From an uncultured Acidimicrobiaceae bacterium (GTDB taxonomy: Bacteria; Actinomycetota; Acidimicrobiia; Spongiisociales; ZC4RG35): 55,508 nucleotides of DNA. The stretch covers positions 1 through 55,508 of the forward strand of contig CAZYCX010000004.1 of NCBI GenBank assembly GCA_964645875.1, in the 5' to 3' direction. Below are positions 47,239-55,489 of the stretch, in pieces (the first letter of the stretch is position 1; each line of letters opens with the position of its first letter). The position numbers and the translations under genes were made by a program. The notes beneath the pieces were generated by a model, which had not been told where the DNA came from, searched no databases, and saw nothing but the letters and a program-made list of their open reading frames with translations.

Positions 47239-47331
47239 CTTCGACGCCGGAAGCCGCGACGACGTTCCTGCCGGTTGACGGCGAGGGGATCGCTGGGTCC
47301 GCGCCGGTGACCTTCACGCGAGGTGGCACTC

Positions 47332-49182
47332 ATGCATGAGGAGATCCTGATGCTGGCGCTGGTGTTGGCGGCAGCACTGGTCGGGGGACGGATCGCCAGT
47401 CGTTTTGGCTACCCGCCGATTCTTGGGGAGATAACCGCCGGCATCCTGTTGGGACCCCCAATCATCGGCATCCTCCAAGACAACGAAGCCATCGGTGTCC
47501 TCGGGGAGTTCGGGATCCTGCTGATGATGCTCTACATCGGCATGCACCTCGATCTGGGTGACCTCAAGCGGGCCTCTGTCCCCGGGCTTCTCGCCGCGAC
47601 CGGCGGCTTCATCGTGCCCACCGCCGCGGGGATGATCTTGATGCTGGCGGTCGGCCGCACCTTCCTCGAAGCGCTGTTCGTCGGTCTCGCCATGGGGGTG
47701 ACCTCCCTGGCGACCAAGTCGCGCATACTCGTCGACTTGAAGATCCTCGACACCAGGATCGCCCACGTCCTGGTGGCCGGTGCCCTGCTCTCCGACGTAG
47801 CCGTCCTCCTGGTGTTCGCCGCGGTGGTGGGCGGGGACGTCACCGAGGGAGTGACTCTGGGCGTGGCCCTGCTCACCGGTGTCCGGGCTCTCGCCTTCGC
47901 TCTCGGCGCCGCCATCGTGGGAATGTGGCTCCTCCCGGCGCTGAAACGGCTGTTCGGGGATCGGGAGCTCGACCGGGGGGCGATGTTTCTCGCCGTGGTC
48001 GTCTTCGGGCTCGGCTTCGCCTACGCCGCCGAGTTGGCGGGCGTGCATGCCATTCTCGGCGCCTTTGTCGCCGGCCTCTTCATCGACAAGAGGATCATGG
48101 AGGCCAAGGTCTCGAAGGACGTGCAGCAGAAGCTGGCGACGATGTCGGTCGGAGTCCTCGCCCCGTTCTTCTTCGTCTCGGCCGGATTCGACGTCTCGTT
48201 GGGTGTCTTCCGCACCGACCTTCCGCTATTGGTCGCGGTGATAGTCCTGGCGACGCTGGGCAAGCTGATCGGCACCGCCCTCTTCTACCTCCCCAGCGGC
48301 AATGGGTGGCGCGAAGGGGTGGTGGTCGGAGCCGGGATGAACGGACGCGGGGCCGTCGAGATCATCGTCGCCGAGATCGCCCTGGAACGGGGCCTGATCG
48401 ACACCGACGTCTTCTCGATCCTGGTATTCATGGCTCTGTTCACCACCGCCACCGTTCCCATCATGCTCACGCTGGGAGTCCGCTGGCTGCGCCGTCGGGG
48501 CGAGCTGGTCAGGGCCGGCGATCGAACCAAGGCGCTCATCATCGGCGCCGGAGTCATCGCCCGCCGGATAGGTGTGGAACTGCATCAATCGATGCCGGTG
48601 ACACTCCTCGACACCAACAGGGCCAACCTCGTGGCCGGGGAGAGCGAAGGTCTCGACGGGCACGTCGGGAGCGGACTCGAGGAGGTGGCCCTCGAGGATG
48701 CCGGCATCGAGTATGCCCTCATCGTGGTCGCGGCCACACCGAATGCCGAGGTCAACGTGCTGGCTGCCCAGCTCGCTCTCGACTTCGGGGTGCCCGAGGT
48801 GTCAGTCCTGCTCCGGGAGTCGGACCGGAAGACATTCGAGGCGAGACTCGCCGAGGCGGATGTCAAGGTCATCCGGGCCCCGGAGGACTTCAGCGACTGG
48901 GAGCACGCCTTGACCACCGGTCAGGCCACCTTGGACACCATCGAGAACGGAGAGGCGATGGACCGATTCCGCGACGCCTCGGACCCACAGTGGGTATATG
49001 AGGATCGGCCGACCGGGGAGTTCCCACTCGTCGTGATCAGCAACGGAGAGCGGAGCCCATACACCACCGAGGAGCGGTTGGGAGAAGACGAGCAGTTACT
49101 CGTTTTGCGAAGGCTCGACGTCTCCACACCACAACCGGAGCCCCGGCCATCGTCCCCGGAGGACCCGGACGAGTCGGGCTAG
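47332..49182 (+). CDS. CPA2 cation:proton antiporter with a C-terminal TrkA-N/RCK domain
   Basis: PPILGEITAGILLGP, TSL, LLSDV, ILGAFVAG, PFFFVSAG, GMNGRG; Rossmann motif IIGAGVIA; SD GAGGT. Confidence 0.9.
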   Translation: MHEEILMLALVLAAALVGGRIASRFGYPPILGEITAGILLGPPIIGILQDNEAIGVLGEFGILLMMLYIGMHLDLGDLKRASVPGLLAATGGFIVPTAAGMILMLAVGRTFLEALFVGLAMGVTSLATKSRILVDLKILDTRIAHVLVAGALLSDVAVLLVFAAVVGGDVTEGVTLGVALLTGVRALAFALGAAIVGMWLLPALKRLFGDRELDRGAMFLAVVVFGLGFAYAAELAGVHAILGAFVAGLFIDKRIMEAKVSKDVQQKLATMSVGVLAPFFFVSAGFDVSLGVFRTDLPLLVAVIVLATLGKLIGTALFYLPSGNGWREGVVVGAGMNGRGAVEIIVAEIALERGLIDTDVFSILVFMALFTTATVPIMLTLGVRWLRRRGELVRAGDRTKALIIGAGVIARRIGVELHQSMPVTLLDTNRANLVAGESEGLDGHVGSGLEEVALEDAGIEYALIVVAATPNAEVNVLAAQLALDFGVPEVSVLLRESDRKTFEARLAEADVKVIRAPEDFSDWEHALTTGQATLDTIENGEAMDRFRDASDPQWVYEDRPTGEFPLVVISNGERSPYTTEERLGEDEQLLVLRRLDVSTPQPEPRPSSPEDPDESG

Positions 49183-50468
49183 TCCCCCGACCCCTCGGCC
49201 AACTCGGTCAGCTCCACCTCGCGCACCCGACGGCCGTCGGTTCTGGTGACCTTCAGACGCCAACCCCCCTCTTCGACGACGTCCCCGGTCGCCGGGAGAC
49301 GACCGAGCCGGTCCATGATCAGACCGCCAAGCGTCTCGTACTCACCCTCAGGCAGATCGACACCGAACTCCACCAGCTGATCCGGTCTCACCAGGGCAGG
49401 GGTGAGTATGCGCCCGTCGGCCGTCTTGGTGGGACGGCGCTCCCGTCGGTCGTGCTCATCCCTGATCTCGCCGACCAGTTCCTCGGCGATGTCTTCCATG
49501 GTGATGATTCCTGTTGTGGAGCCGTGCTCGTCGACGACGATGGCGAAGTGGATGCGGGTCTTTCGCATCTCGTCGAGCACGGACCGAATGTGCGCCGACT
49601 CGGGGACGAAGAGGACGTTGCGGATGAGCTCGGCGTCGACACGAGCGTCTTGGTCGGCGTCGTCTCTCCCCATGAGATCCTTGACATGCACGAAGCCGAG
49701 GACATCGTCGAGATCGTCGCGATAGATCGGAATCCTCGAGTGGCCTGTTCGTCGCATCATCTCCTCGATCTGACCCACCGAGATGCCCTGCTCAGCGGCT
49801 ATGACGTCAGGCCGGGGAATCATCACCTCGCCCGCGTCGAGGTCGCCGAACATGATGGCCCCGGTCAGGAGCCGGTGGGTGAAGTCCTCGATCACGCCTT
49901 CCTCTTGGCCGGTGGCGATTATCACGGCGAGGTCGTCGGCCGAGTGGCCCACATCGAGGGAGGCGGCAGGCTTGACACCGAACATCCTCAACACCGCATT
50001 GGCTATGGCGTTGAGTGCGGCGATGAGAGGGCGAAAGAGGATGATGTACCCGCGGAAGAGGTGGGCGAGCGCCATAGCGGAACGCTCGGGGTTGGAGATG
50101 GCGATGTTCTTGGGAGCCATCTCTCCCACCACCATGTGCAGGAAGACCACGATCAGGAGGGCGATGACGAGAGCGATGACGTGTACCACCTGCTCAGGAA
50201 GGGGCAGGAATCCGAAGCCGCGTTCGAGTAGGTGGGCGACCGCCGGCTCGGCGACCGCACCGAGGCCCAGCGAGGCCATGGTGATTCCGAGCTGGGCGCC
50301 GGTGAGGCTGAGAGAGAGATTCCGGTTGAGCCCGACGGCGATCCGAGCCGAAGGCTTCGGGGTCTGCTCGAGGACGTTTCGGCGGGCGGTGATATAGGCG
50401 AACTCTGCGGCGACGAAAACCCCATTGGCCACGAGGAGCAAGACCATCAGACCGAGTGGCCACAACAT
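49179..50468 (-). CDS. CNNM/CorB (DUF21-CBS-CorC, 'hemolysin family') protein
   Basis: ANGVFVAAEF, GAQLGIT, VGEMAPKN, VMIPR, GHSRIP, VVDEHG, EELVGEIRDEHD, YETLGG. Confidence 0.93.
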   Translation of the reverse strand: MLWPLGLMVLLLVANGVFVAAEFAYITARRNVLEQTPKPSARIAVGLNRNLSLSLTGAQLGITMASLGLGAVAEPAVAHLLERGFGFLPLPEQVVHVIALVIALLIVVFLHMVVGEMAPKNIAISNPERSAMALAHLFRGYIILFRPLIAALNAIANAVLRMFGVKPAASLDVGHSADDLAVIIATGQEEGVIEDFTHRLLTGAIMFGDLDAGEVMIPRPDVIAAEQGISVGQIEEMMRRTGHSRIPIYRDDLDDVLGFVHVKDLMGRDDADQDARVDAELIRNVLFVPESAHIRSVLDEMRKTRIHFAIVVDEHGSTTGIITMEDIAEELVGEIRDEHDRRERRPTKTADGRILTPALVRPDQLVEFGVDLPEGEYETLGGLIMDRLGRLPATGDVVEEGGWRLKVTRTDGRRVREVELTELAEGSGD

Positions 50469-51781
50469 CAGCCGTTGTCACCTCGCCAACCGGCCAACCG
50501 AATCGCCCGCACTCGGTCGACGCGATGGCCGTCCATCTCGAGAACCTCGAATGTGAAGGCTCCCGCCGGGACGATCTCCCCGACCTCGGGAAAACGCCCG
50601 AGAGTGGCGACCAGGAATCCGCCAAGGGTCTCGTAGTGGCCCTCCGGCCACTCGAACCCGATCCGCTCATCGACGTCGTGGCGGTTGAGGAGCCCGGAGA
50701 GCACGTCGATCTGATCGGTTGTGGCGGGAGAAGACGCCTCTTCGTCGTACTCGTCCTCTATCTCGCCGAAGATCTCCTCGAGGACGTCCTCGATGGTGAT
50801 GATCCCGGCGGTGCCCCCGTACTCGTCGATCACCATGGCCATGCCCCGCCCCTCGGTCTGTAACCGTGTCAACAGATACTCCAACCGCGACGCGTCCGGG
50901 ACCCGCAATCCAGGCTGAGCGATATCTTCCACCGGCGTCGATTCCCGCTGAGTAGGAGAGATGCCGATCGTGTCCTTGACATGGGCGATGCCGACGATCT
51001 CGTCCAGGTCGAGGCCGTAGACGGGGAAGCGGGAGTGACCGGTGTCCTGAGCCATCTGTCGAAGCTCGGAGATCGGCTGATGGCGGTTGATGGCCATGAC
51101 GTTGACCCGGGGAACCATCGCTTCGGCCGCCACCTTCTCGGTGAAGGTGATCGCCCTCGTCAGCAGTTCCATCTCATCGTCGTCGAGACGCCCCTCCTCA
51201 CCCGATGAGCGGATCATCAGCTCCAGCTCCTCCATCGATCTCACGCCGGCGAGCTCGGCACGGGGCTCGATGCCGAGCTTGCGGACTGTCCAGTCGGCAG
51301 AGTTGTTGAGGAACAGAATGAGAGGGCGCAAGGCGCGGTTCACCATCTGCATCGGGTTCCCGAACAGGACCGCAGATCGATATGGCCGGGAGATGGCGAG
51401 ATTCTTCGGCACCAACTCCCCGAAGATCATTTGGGCCATGGTCGCCAGAACGAAGGCGATGGCGACCGACAAGGCGAGTGATGTCGCCTCGGTGAGAGTG
51501 CCGAAGTCCCCGATGAGAGGAGTGAGCACAGCCGCGATGGTGGGCTCCGCGATCGCACCGAGAACCAGCGACGTCACGGTGATGCCCAACTGGGCGCCGG
51601 ACAACTCGAACGACAGGTTGCGCAGCGACTTCAGGATGCGACGGGCCGCCCGATCTCCCTCGCGTGCTTTGCGCTCGACACTGCTGCGCTCCACGGCGAC
51701 GATCGCGAACTCGCCGGCGACGAAGAACCCGTTGGCCAGGATGAGGAAGACAACTGCGGCCAACCCCAGGAAGGTGCTAAT
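50468..51781 (-). CDS. CNNM/CorB (DUF21-CBS-CorC) protein, paralogue; probable ATT start (fallback TTG at 51763)
   Basis: ANGFFVAGEF, GAQLGIT, FGELVPKN, GHSRFP, IDEYGG, EEIFGEIEDEYD; its stop overlaps the next ATG. Confidence 0.92.
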   Translation of the reverse strand: MSTFLGLAAVVFLILANGFFVAGEFAIVAVERSSVERKAREGDRAARRILKSLRNLSFELSGAQLGITVTSLVLGAIAEPTIAAVLTPLIGDFGTLTEATSLALSVAIAFVLATMAQMIFGELVPKNLAISRPYRSAVLFGNPMQMVNRALRPLILFLNNSADWTVRKLGIEPRAELAGVRSMEELELMIRSSGEEGRLDDDEMELLTRAITFTEKVAAEAMVPRVNVMAINRHQPISELRQMAQDTGHSRFPVYGLDLDEIVGIAHVKDTIGISPTQRESTPVEDIAQPGLRVPDASRLEYLLTRLQTEGRGMAMVIDEYGGTAGIITIEDVLEEIFGEIEDEYDEEASSPATTDQIDVLSGLLNRHDVDERIGFEWPEGHYETLGGFLVATLGRFPEVGEIVPAGAFTFEVLEMDGHRVDRVRAIRLAGWRGDNG

Positions 51782-51846
51782 ACTCGGTCTCCGTCGTCAC
51801 CGCCAGAGATGAGGATAGCCTCGCCCTGGCCTTCACCAGGCGCCGT

Positions 51847-52080
51847 TCAGGCTCTCCCTTCCTGACGCATGAACGATACGTGGGCCAGAGCGAACATCGC
51901 GGCGGTTCATGGGATCATGATCGACAGTTGGGGCCAGACCACGCCGAGACTCTGCGTCAGACTCAGTGCCCAGACGATTGCCCGGTCCACCTGCTCGACC
52001 GTGATGAGACCAACGGTGCGCATTTGGGGATCCAGGAGCATGGCCGAACCCTGCTGGAACAGCACGATCGGCGAGACCTG
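51847..52080 (-). pseudogene. 3' remnant of an ABC-2-type transporter permease
   Basis: Manual translation QVSPIVLFQQGSAMLLDPQMRTVGLITVEQVDRAIVWALSLTQSLGVVWPQLSIMIP*TAAMFALAHVSFMRQEGRA*; internal stop, 5' part absent. Confidence 0.6.
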
Positions 52081-52171
52081 GGGGTGCGGCCGGGAGCCTC
52101 ACCCAGATTGTTCTTAGATTTGTCAAAACCTGGTGAGTGAGCGGGGCGGGCGGATACGTACAGTCGAAACC

Positions 52172-52510
52172 ATGACTGTCATCCGTTCGGTTCTCTTGTT
52201 CATTCTCGCCGCCATCGCCGAGATCGGAGGGGCCTACCTCGTCTGGCAAGGGGTTCGTGAACGTCGTGGCCTCGGATTCGTGGGTCTCGGCGTCCTAGCT
52301 CTCGGGTTCTACGGGTTCATTGCCACGTTCCAGCCGAGTCCGCATTTCGGGAGGATCCTGGCTGCCTACGGTGGTGTTTTCGTGGCCGGCTCGCTCACCT
52401 GGGGGATCGTCTTCGACGGATTCCGTCCCGACCGATACGACATCATCGGTGCGCTCATCTGCCTGGTGGGCGTGGCGGTGATCATGTACTCACCCCGCTC
52501 ATTGGGCTGA
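52172..52510 (+). CDS. ynfA: YnfA/UPF0060 small membrane protein
   Basis: [45 protein letters not shown]. Confidence 0.92.
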   Translation: MTVIRSVLLFILAAIAEIGGAYLVWQGVRERRGLGFVGLGVLALGFYGFIATFQPSPHFGRILAAYGGVFVAGSLTWGIVFDGFRPDRYDIIGALICLVGVAVIMYSPRSLG

Positions 52511-52536
52511 GCTCATTGGCTGAGGCCAATCGAGCG

Positions 52537-52872
52537 TCAGTCGTCCTTCTGATCGACGGTCGGCAACTCTCTGGGGAGCAGCGGGTTGGGCCGATTCCGC
52601 TGCCAGCGTTCGATGTCGTCGCCGTCGCAGCTGTGACAGAGGTGGACGATCCGAATTCCCACCACCGAGAGTTGGGTTCCCCTCGATTTCTCCACGATGG
52701 CGTGTGGCACTGCCTGAAGGTCGTTGCCCTCACAATCGGGACACACCGGTGTGGTAGGGCGCTCCCATGTTTGGCCGCAAGCGCCACAGGTGATGGTGAT
52801 GACCTCGTCGTGACGTTCTCCGCTCAGATCCTCGGTCTCACCGCAGAGTGGGCACGTGATCTCCAGCGCCAT
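52537..52872 (-). CDS. Hypothetical zinc-ribbon protein with four CxxC pairs
   Basis: CPLC, CGAC, CPDC, CHSC in 111 aa from MALEIT; starts 4 nt after the upstream stop. Confidence 0.75.
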   Translation of the reverse strand: MALEITCPLCGETEDLSGERHDEVITITCGACGQTWERPTTPVCPDCEGNDLQAVPHAIVEKSRGTQLSVVGIRIVHLCHSCDGDDIERWQRNRPNPLLPRELPTVDQKDD

Positions 52873-52876
52873 GGGT

Positions 52877-53062
52877 TCAGTCGTCGGGCCAGCACTTGGG
52901 GCAAGACGTCTGGCCACGACGCTCAGCCTGGGTGCGTATCGCCACCACTCCCCGGATCCGCTCCGGGGCGCAAGCCGGACGCGCCTCGTCATCCGGGTGG
53001 GGACGGTGATAGTGCGGTTCGCTCATGTATGAGAGAACAAGTCTGTCTCGCGGGTCGGTCAT
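52877..53062 (-). CDS. Small HCCC metal-binding protein, paralogue B
   Basis: PHYHR...RPAC...AERRGQTSCPKCW; clear similarity to 53207-53425. Confidence 0.7.
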   Translation of the reverse strand: MTDPRDRLVLSYMSEPHYHRPHPDDEARPACAPERIRGVVAIRTQAERRGQTSCPKCWPDD

Positions 53063-53206
53063 CGGTTTCTCGTCCTCGACGCTGATAGCAATCGCCCACT
53101 CATGTTGTCAGCGTCTCCGAGTTCGCGGAGATCGTTGTGGCGGGCCGGGCCGGGCCCGGGGCACGGTGTTCGACGAGAAGCCTCGAACTGCTGCGGGCTC
53201 CACCGG

Positions 53207-53425
53207 TCAGGCATCCAGGTCTTCCTCCCAACAGTCACCACAGGCGATTAGACCTCTGTCTTGAGCGCGTATCAGCTGTGTGAGCACCCCCGGCCCACGG
53301 CCGGGCTCGCATGCCGGCCGGTTGGGCCGATCGAGATCCCGTCGGTGGTAGTGAGGATCGATCCCCTGGTAGGTGACGACGAGACTCGAGTGAGGGCCGA
53401 GCATTGGCCGCCGGGACCGCGTCAT
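53207..53425 (-). CDS. Small HCCC metal-binding protein, paralogue A
   Basis: PHYHR...RPAC...AQDRGLIACGDCW; ATG overlaps the prfC stop (ATGA). Confidence 0.7.
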   Translation of the reverse strand: MTRSRRPMLGPHSSLVVTYQGIDPHYHRRDLDRPNRPACEPGRGPGVLTQLIRAQDRGLIACGDCWEEDLDA

Positions 53426-54987
53426 AGACCGATGATCGGATCGAGTGTGATCGATGGATGGTCGCGCACCGCTGCGTCGAGCCACGACTGATTGGAGAAG
53501 AGGGCGAGGACGGTCCCGTCACTGCGAGAGGCGACCTCGACTCCCCGGCGACCCGACAGCGCTTCCCTGCCGGCCCTGTCCGTCCGGCGCGCCAGGGTGT
53601 ACGGGGCGGGGTCGAACTGAGGCTGGGCCCCGAACTCGTTCTGCAGTCGATGGAGGGCGACCTCGAACTGGAGCTCTCCCACCGCGGCGAGGATGGGCTC
53701 ACGCTCACCTCCCTCGTATGTGTGGAGCGCCTGGATGACACCCTCCTGGTCGAGTTGGGCTACTCCCTTGCGAAACTGCTTGTAACGGGCGGTGTCCAGG
53801 TTGCGGGCTATGCGGAAGTGCTCCGGAGCGAAGGTGGGGATGGGGGGGAACTCGGCGTCGCCACTGGTGCTCAGACTGTCACCGATTCGAAGGTCAGTCG
53901 CGTTGACCAAGCCGACCACGTCACCTGGATGGGCGATATCTACGGTCTGACGCTCGTTGCCGAACACCTGATGGGCGTACTTGGTCGAGAAACTCTTCCC
54001 GGTCCGATGGTTGACCAACGTCATCCCCCGCTCGAACCGCCCGGAGCAGACCCTCATGAAGGCGAGGTGGTCGCGATGACGGGCATCGAGGTTGGCCTGC
54101 ATCTTGAAGACGAATCCGGAGAGCTCACCATCGATCGGTCTGGGATCTCCGCGCTTCTGGCTCTTCGACTGGGGCGCGGGTGCCATCTCGGCGATCGCAT
54201 CGAGCAGGAGTCGCACCCCGAAGTTCCACAGGGCCGAGCCGAAGAAGACCGGGGTCGACTCACCGGCCATGAACCGCTTGGAGTCGTGATCTGCCTCGAC
54301 GGCATCGAGCAGATCCAACTCCTGGGCGACTCGTGAGCCAGCGTCCGAACCTTCCAGATCCAGAGCCGACGCCCTCTCGTCACCGATGCTGCTGCCGCGT
54401 GCCGTGCGTTCGAAACGCCACAGAGTCCGATCTCTGCGGTCGACCACTCCGGCGAAATCGGGACCGTTGCCCACCGGCCAGGTGACCGGGGTGGCCCTTA
54501 TGCCGAGCTGGTCCTCGATGTCGTCGATCAGGGCGAGCGGGCTGAGGGCGGGCCGGTCGAGCTTGTTGACGAAGGTGAGCAGTGGGATGCCCCGAGCCTG
54601 GGCAACCTGGAACAGTTTGAGTGTCTGTGCCTCGATCCCTCGCGCCCCATCGAGGACTATGACAGCCGCATCCACCGCCGACAACACCCGGTAGGTGTCC
54701 TCGGAGAAGTCGCGGTGTCCCGGAGTGTCCAGGAGATTGAACAAGAGACCATCGTGAGGGAACTGCAGGACCGTTGACGTGATGGAGATCCCCCGCTCCC
54801 GCTCCATCTCCATCCAGTCGGACGTGACATCACGCTGTCTGCCCGACCTGGCGCGAACCGCTCCGGCCTCCGCTATCGCCCCCGAATAGAGGAGCAGCTT
54901 CTCGGTGAGAGTCGTCTTCCCGGCGTCGGGATGAGAGATGATCGCGAATGTCCGACGCCGCTCGGCTTCGGCGCGCACTGAGGTCAT
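53422..54987 (-). CDS. prfC: Peptide chain release factor 3
   Basis: RRRTFAIISHPDAGKTTLTEKLLL, SDWMEMERERGISI, DTPGHRDFSEDTYR, NKLD, GFVFKMQAN, AVGELQFEV. Confidence 0.97.
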   Translation of the reverse strand: MTSVRAEAERRRTFAIISHPDAGKTTLTEKLLLYSGAIAEAGAVRARSGRQRDVTSDWMEMERERGISITSTVLQFPHDGLLFNLLDTPGHRDFSEDTYRVLSAVDAAVIVLDGARGIEAQTLKLFQVAQARGIPLLTFVNKLDRPALSPLALIDDIEDQLGIRATPVTWPVGNGPDFAGVVDRRDRTLWRFERTARGSSIGDERASALDLEGSDAGSRVAQELDLLDAVEADHDSKRFMAGESTPVFFGSALWNFGVRLLLDAIAEMAPAPQSKSQKRGDPRPIDGELSGFVFKMQANLDARHRDHLAFMRVCSGRFERGMTLVNHRTGKSFSTKYAHQVFGNERQTVDIAHPGDVVGLVNATDLRIGDSLSTSGDAEFPPIPTFAPEHFRIARNLDTARYKQFRKGVAQLDQEGVIQALHTYEGGEREPILAAVGELQFEVALHRLQNEFGAQPQFDPAPYTLARRTDRAGREALSGRRGVEVASRSDGTVLALFSNQSWLDAAVRDHPSITLDPIIGL

Positions 54988-55385
54988 ACCCGTCGCCGCG
55001 CCTTCATCGACGACAGTCCTTCGAGCGCGTCGCGGGCCTGATGCAGGCGATCCTCCAACTCGTCACAGCGTTGACGCGCTACCTCGAGCACCTCTTCGAG
55101 CCGTTTCGCTGACGAGGACGAACGCCCGTTCCCGGCCTGGTTGGCCGCCTCGAGGAGCTCTCCCATGGTCTCGAGTGACATGCCGATCGGCTTGAGGGCC
55201 TTGACGAGACGGAGTTGATCGATGTCCGACTCGGTGTAGAGGCGGAACCCCCCCTCGCTGCGTCCCGACGGGGACACCAGTCCGATCTCCTCGTAGTAGC
55301 GAATCGTGCGCAGCGAGAGACCGACGGACTCGGCCACTTCTCCAATCTGAAAATGCTCATCGATCACGGCTACGTACTCCCTCAT
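54984..55385 (-). CDS. MerR-family transcriptional regulator
   Basis: QIGEVAESVGLSLRTIRYYEEIGL..SGRSEGGFRLY; its stop overlaps the prfC ATG. Confidence 0.93.
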   Translation of the reverse strand: MREYVAVIDEHFQIGEVAESVGLSLRTIRYYEEIGLVSPSGRSEGGFRLYTESDIDQLRLVKALKPIGMSLETMGELLEAANQAGNGRSSSSAKRLEEVLEVARQRCDELEDRLHQARDALEGLSSMKARRRV

Positions 55386-55441
55386 GGACGGCTCGTGGTA
55401 CGTCTCGAGCTCGTTTTGGCGGACCAGGCCGGTAGCGGGAT

Positions 55442-55467
55442 ACTCTACCCTAACGTAAGGGAAGAGT
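55442..55467. promoter_or_regulatory. Putative MerR operator (imperfect 26-bp palindrome)
   Basis: ACTCTACCCTAACGTAAGGGAAGAGT; reverse complement ACTCTTCCCTTACGTTAGGGTAGAGT. Confidence 0.7.
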
Positions 55468-55489
55468 TGAATTGGAGAGTCAAGGAAAC

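Noticed and set aside
47200-47300. c-di-AMP (ydaO) riboswitch assignment for the antiporter leader
   Set aside because: Only a GGGGTGA fragment matches and the other conserved blocks are not visible. Kept as an unassigned structured leader.
51907-51909. In-frame TGA in the permease remnant as Sec
   Set aside because: It lies in a hydrophobic TM segment of a 5'-truncated fragment with no redox motif; pseudogene decay is simpler.
51833-52249. ORFs 51833-52249(-), 51869-52117(+) and 51880-52140(+) as real genes
   Set aside because: No recognisable motifs; the region is better explained by the permease remnant in another frame.
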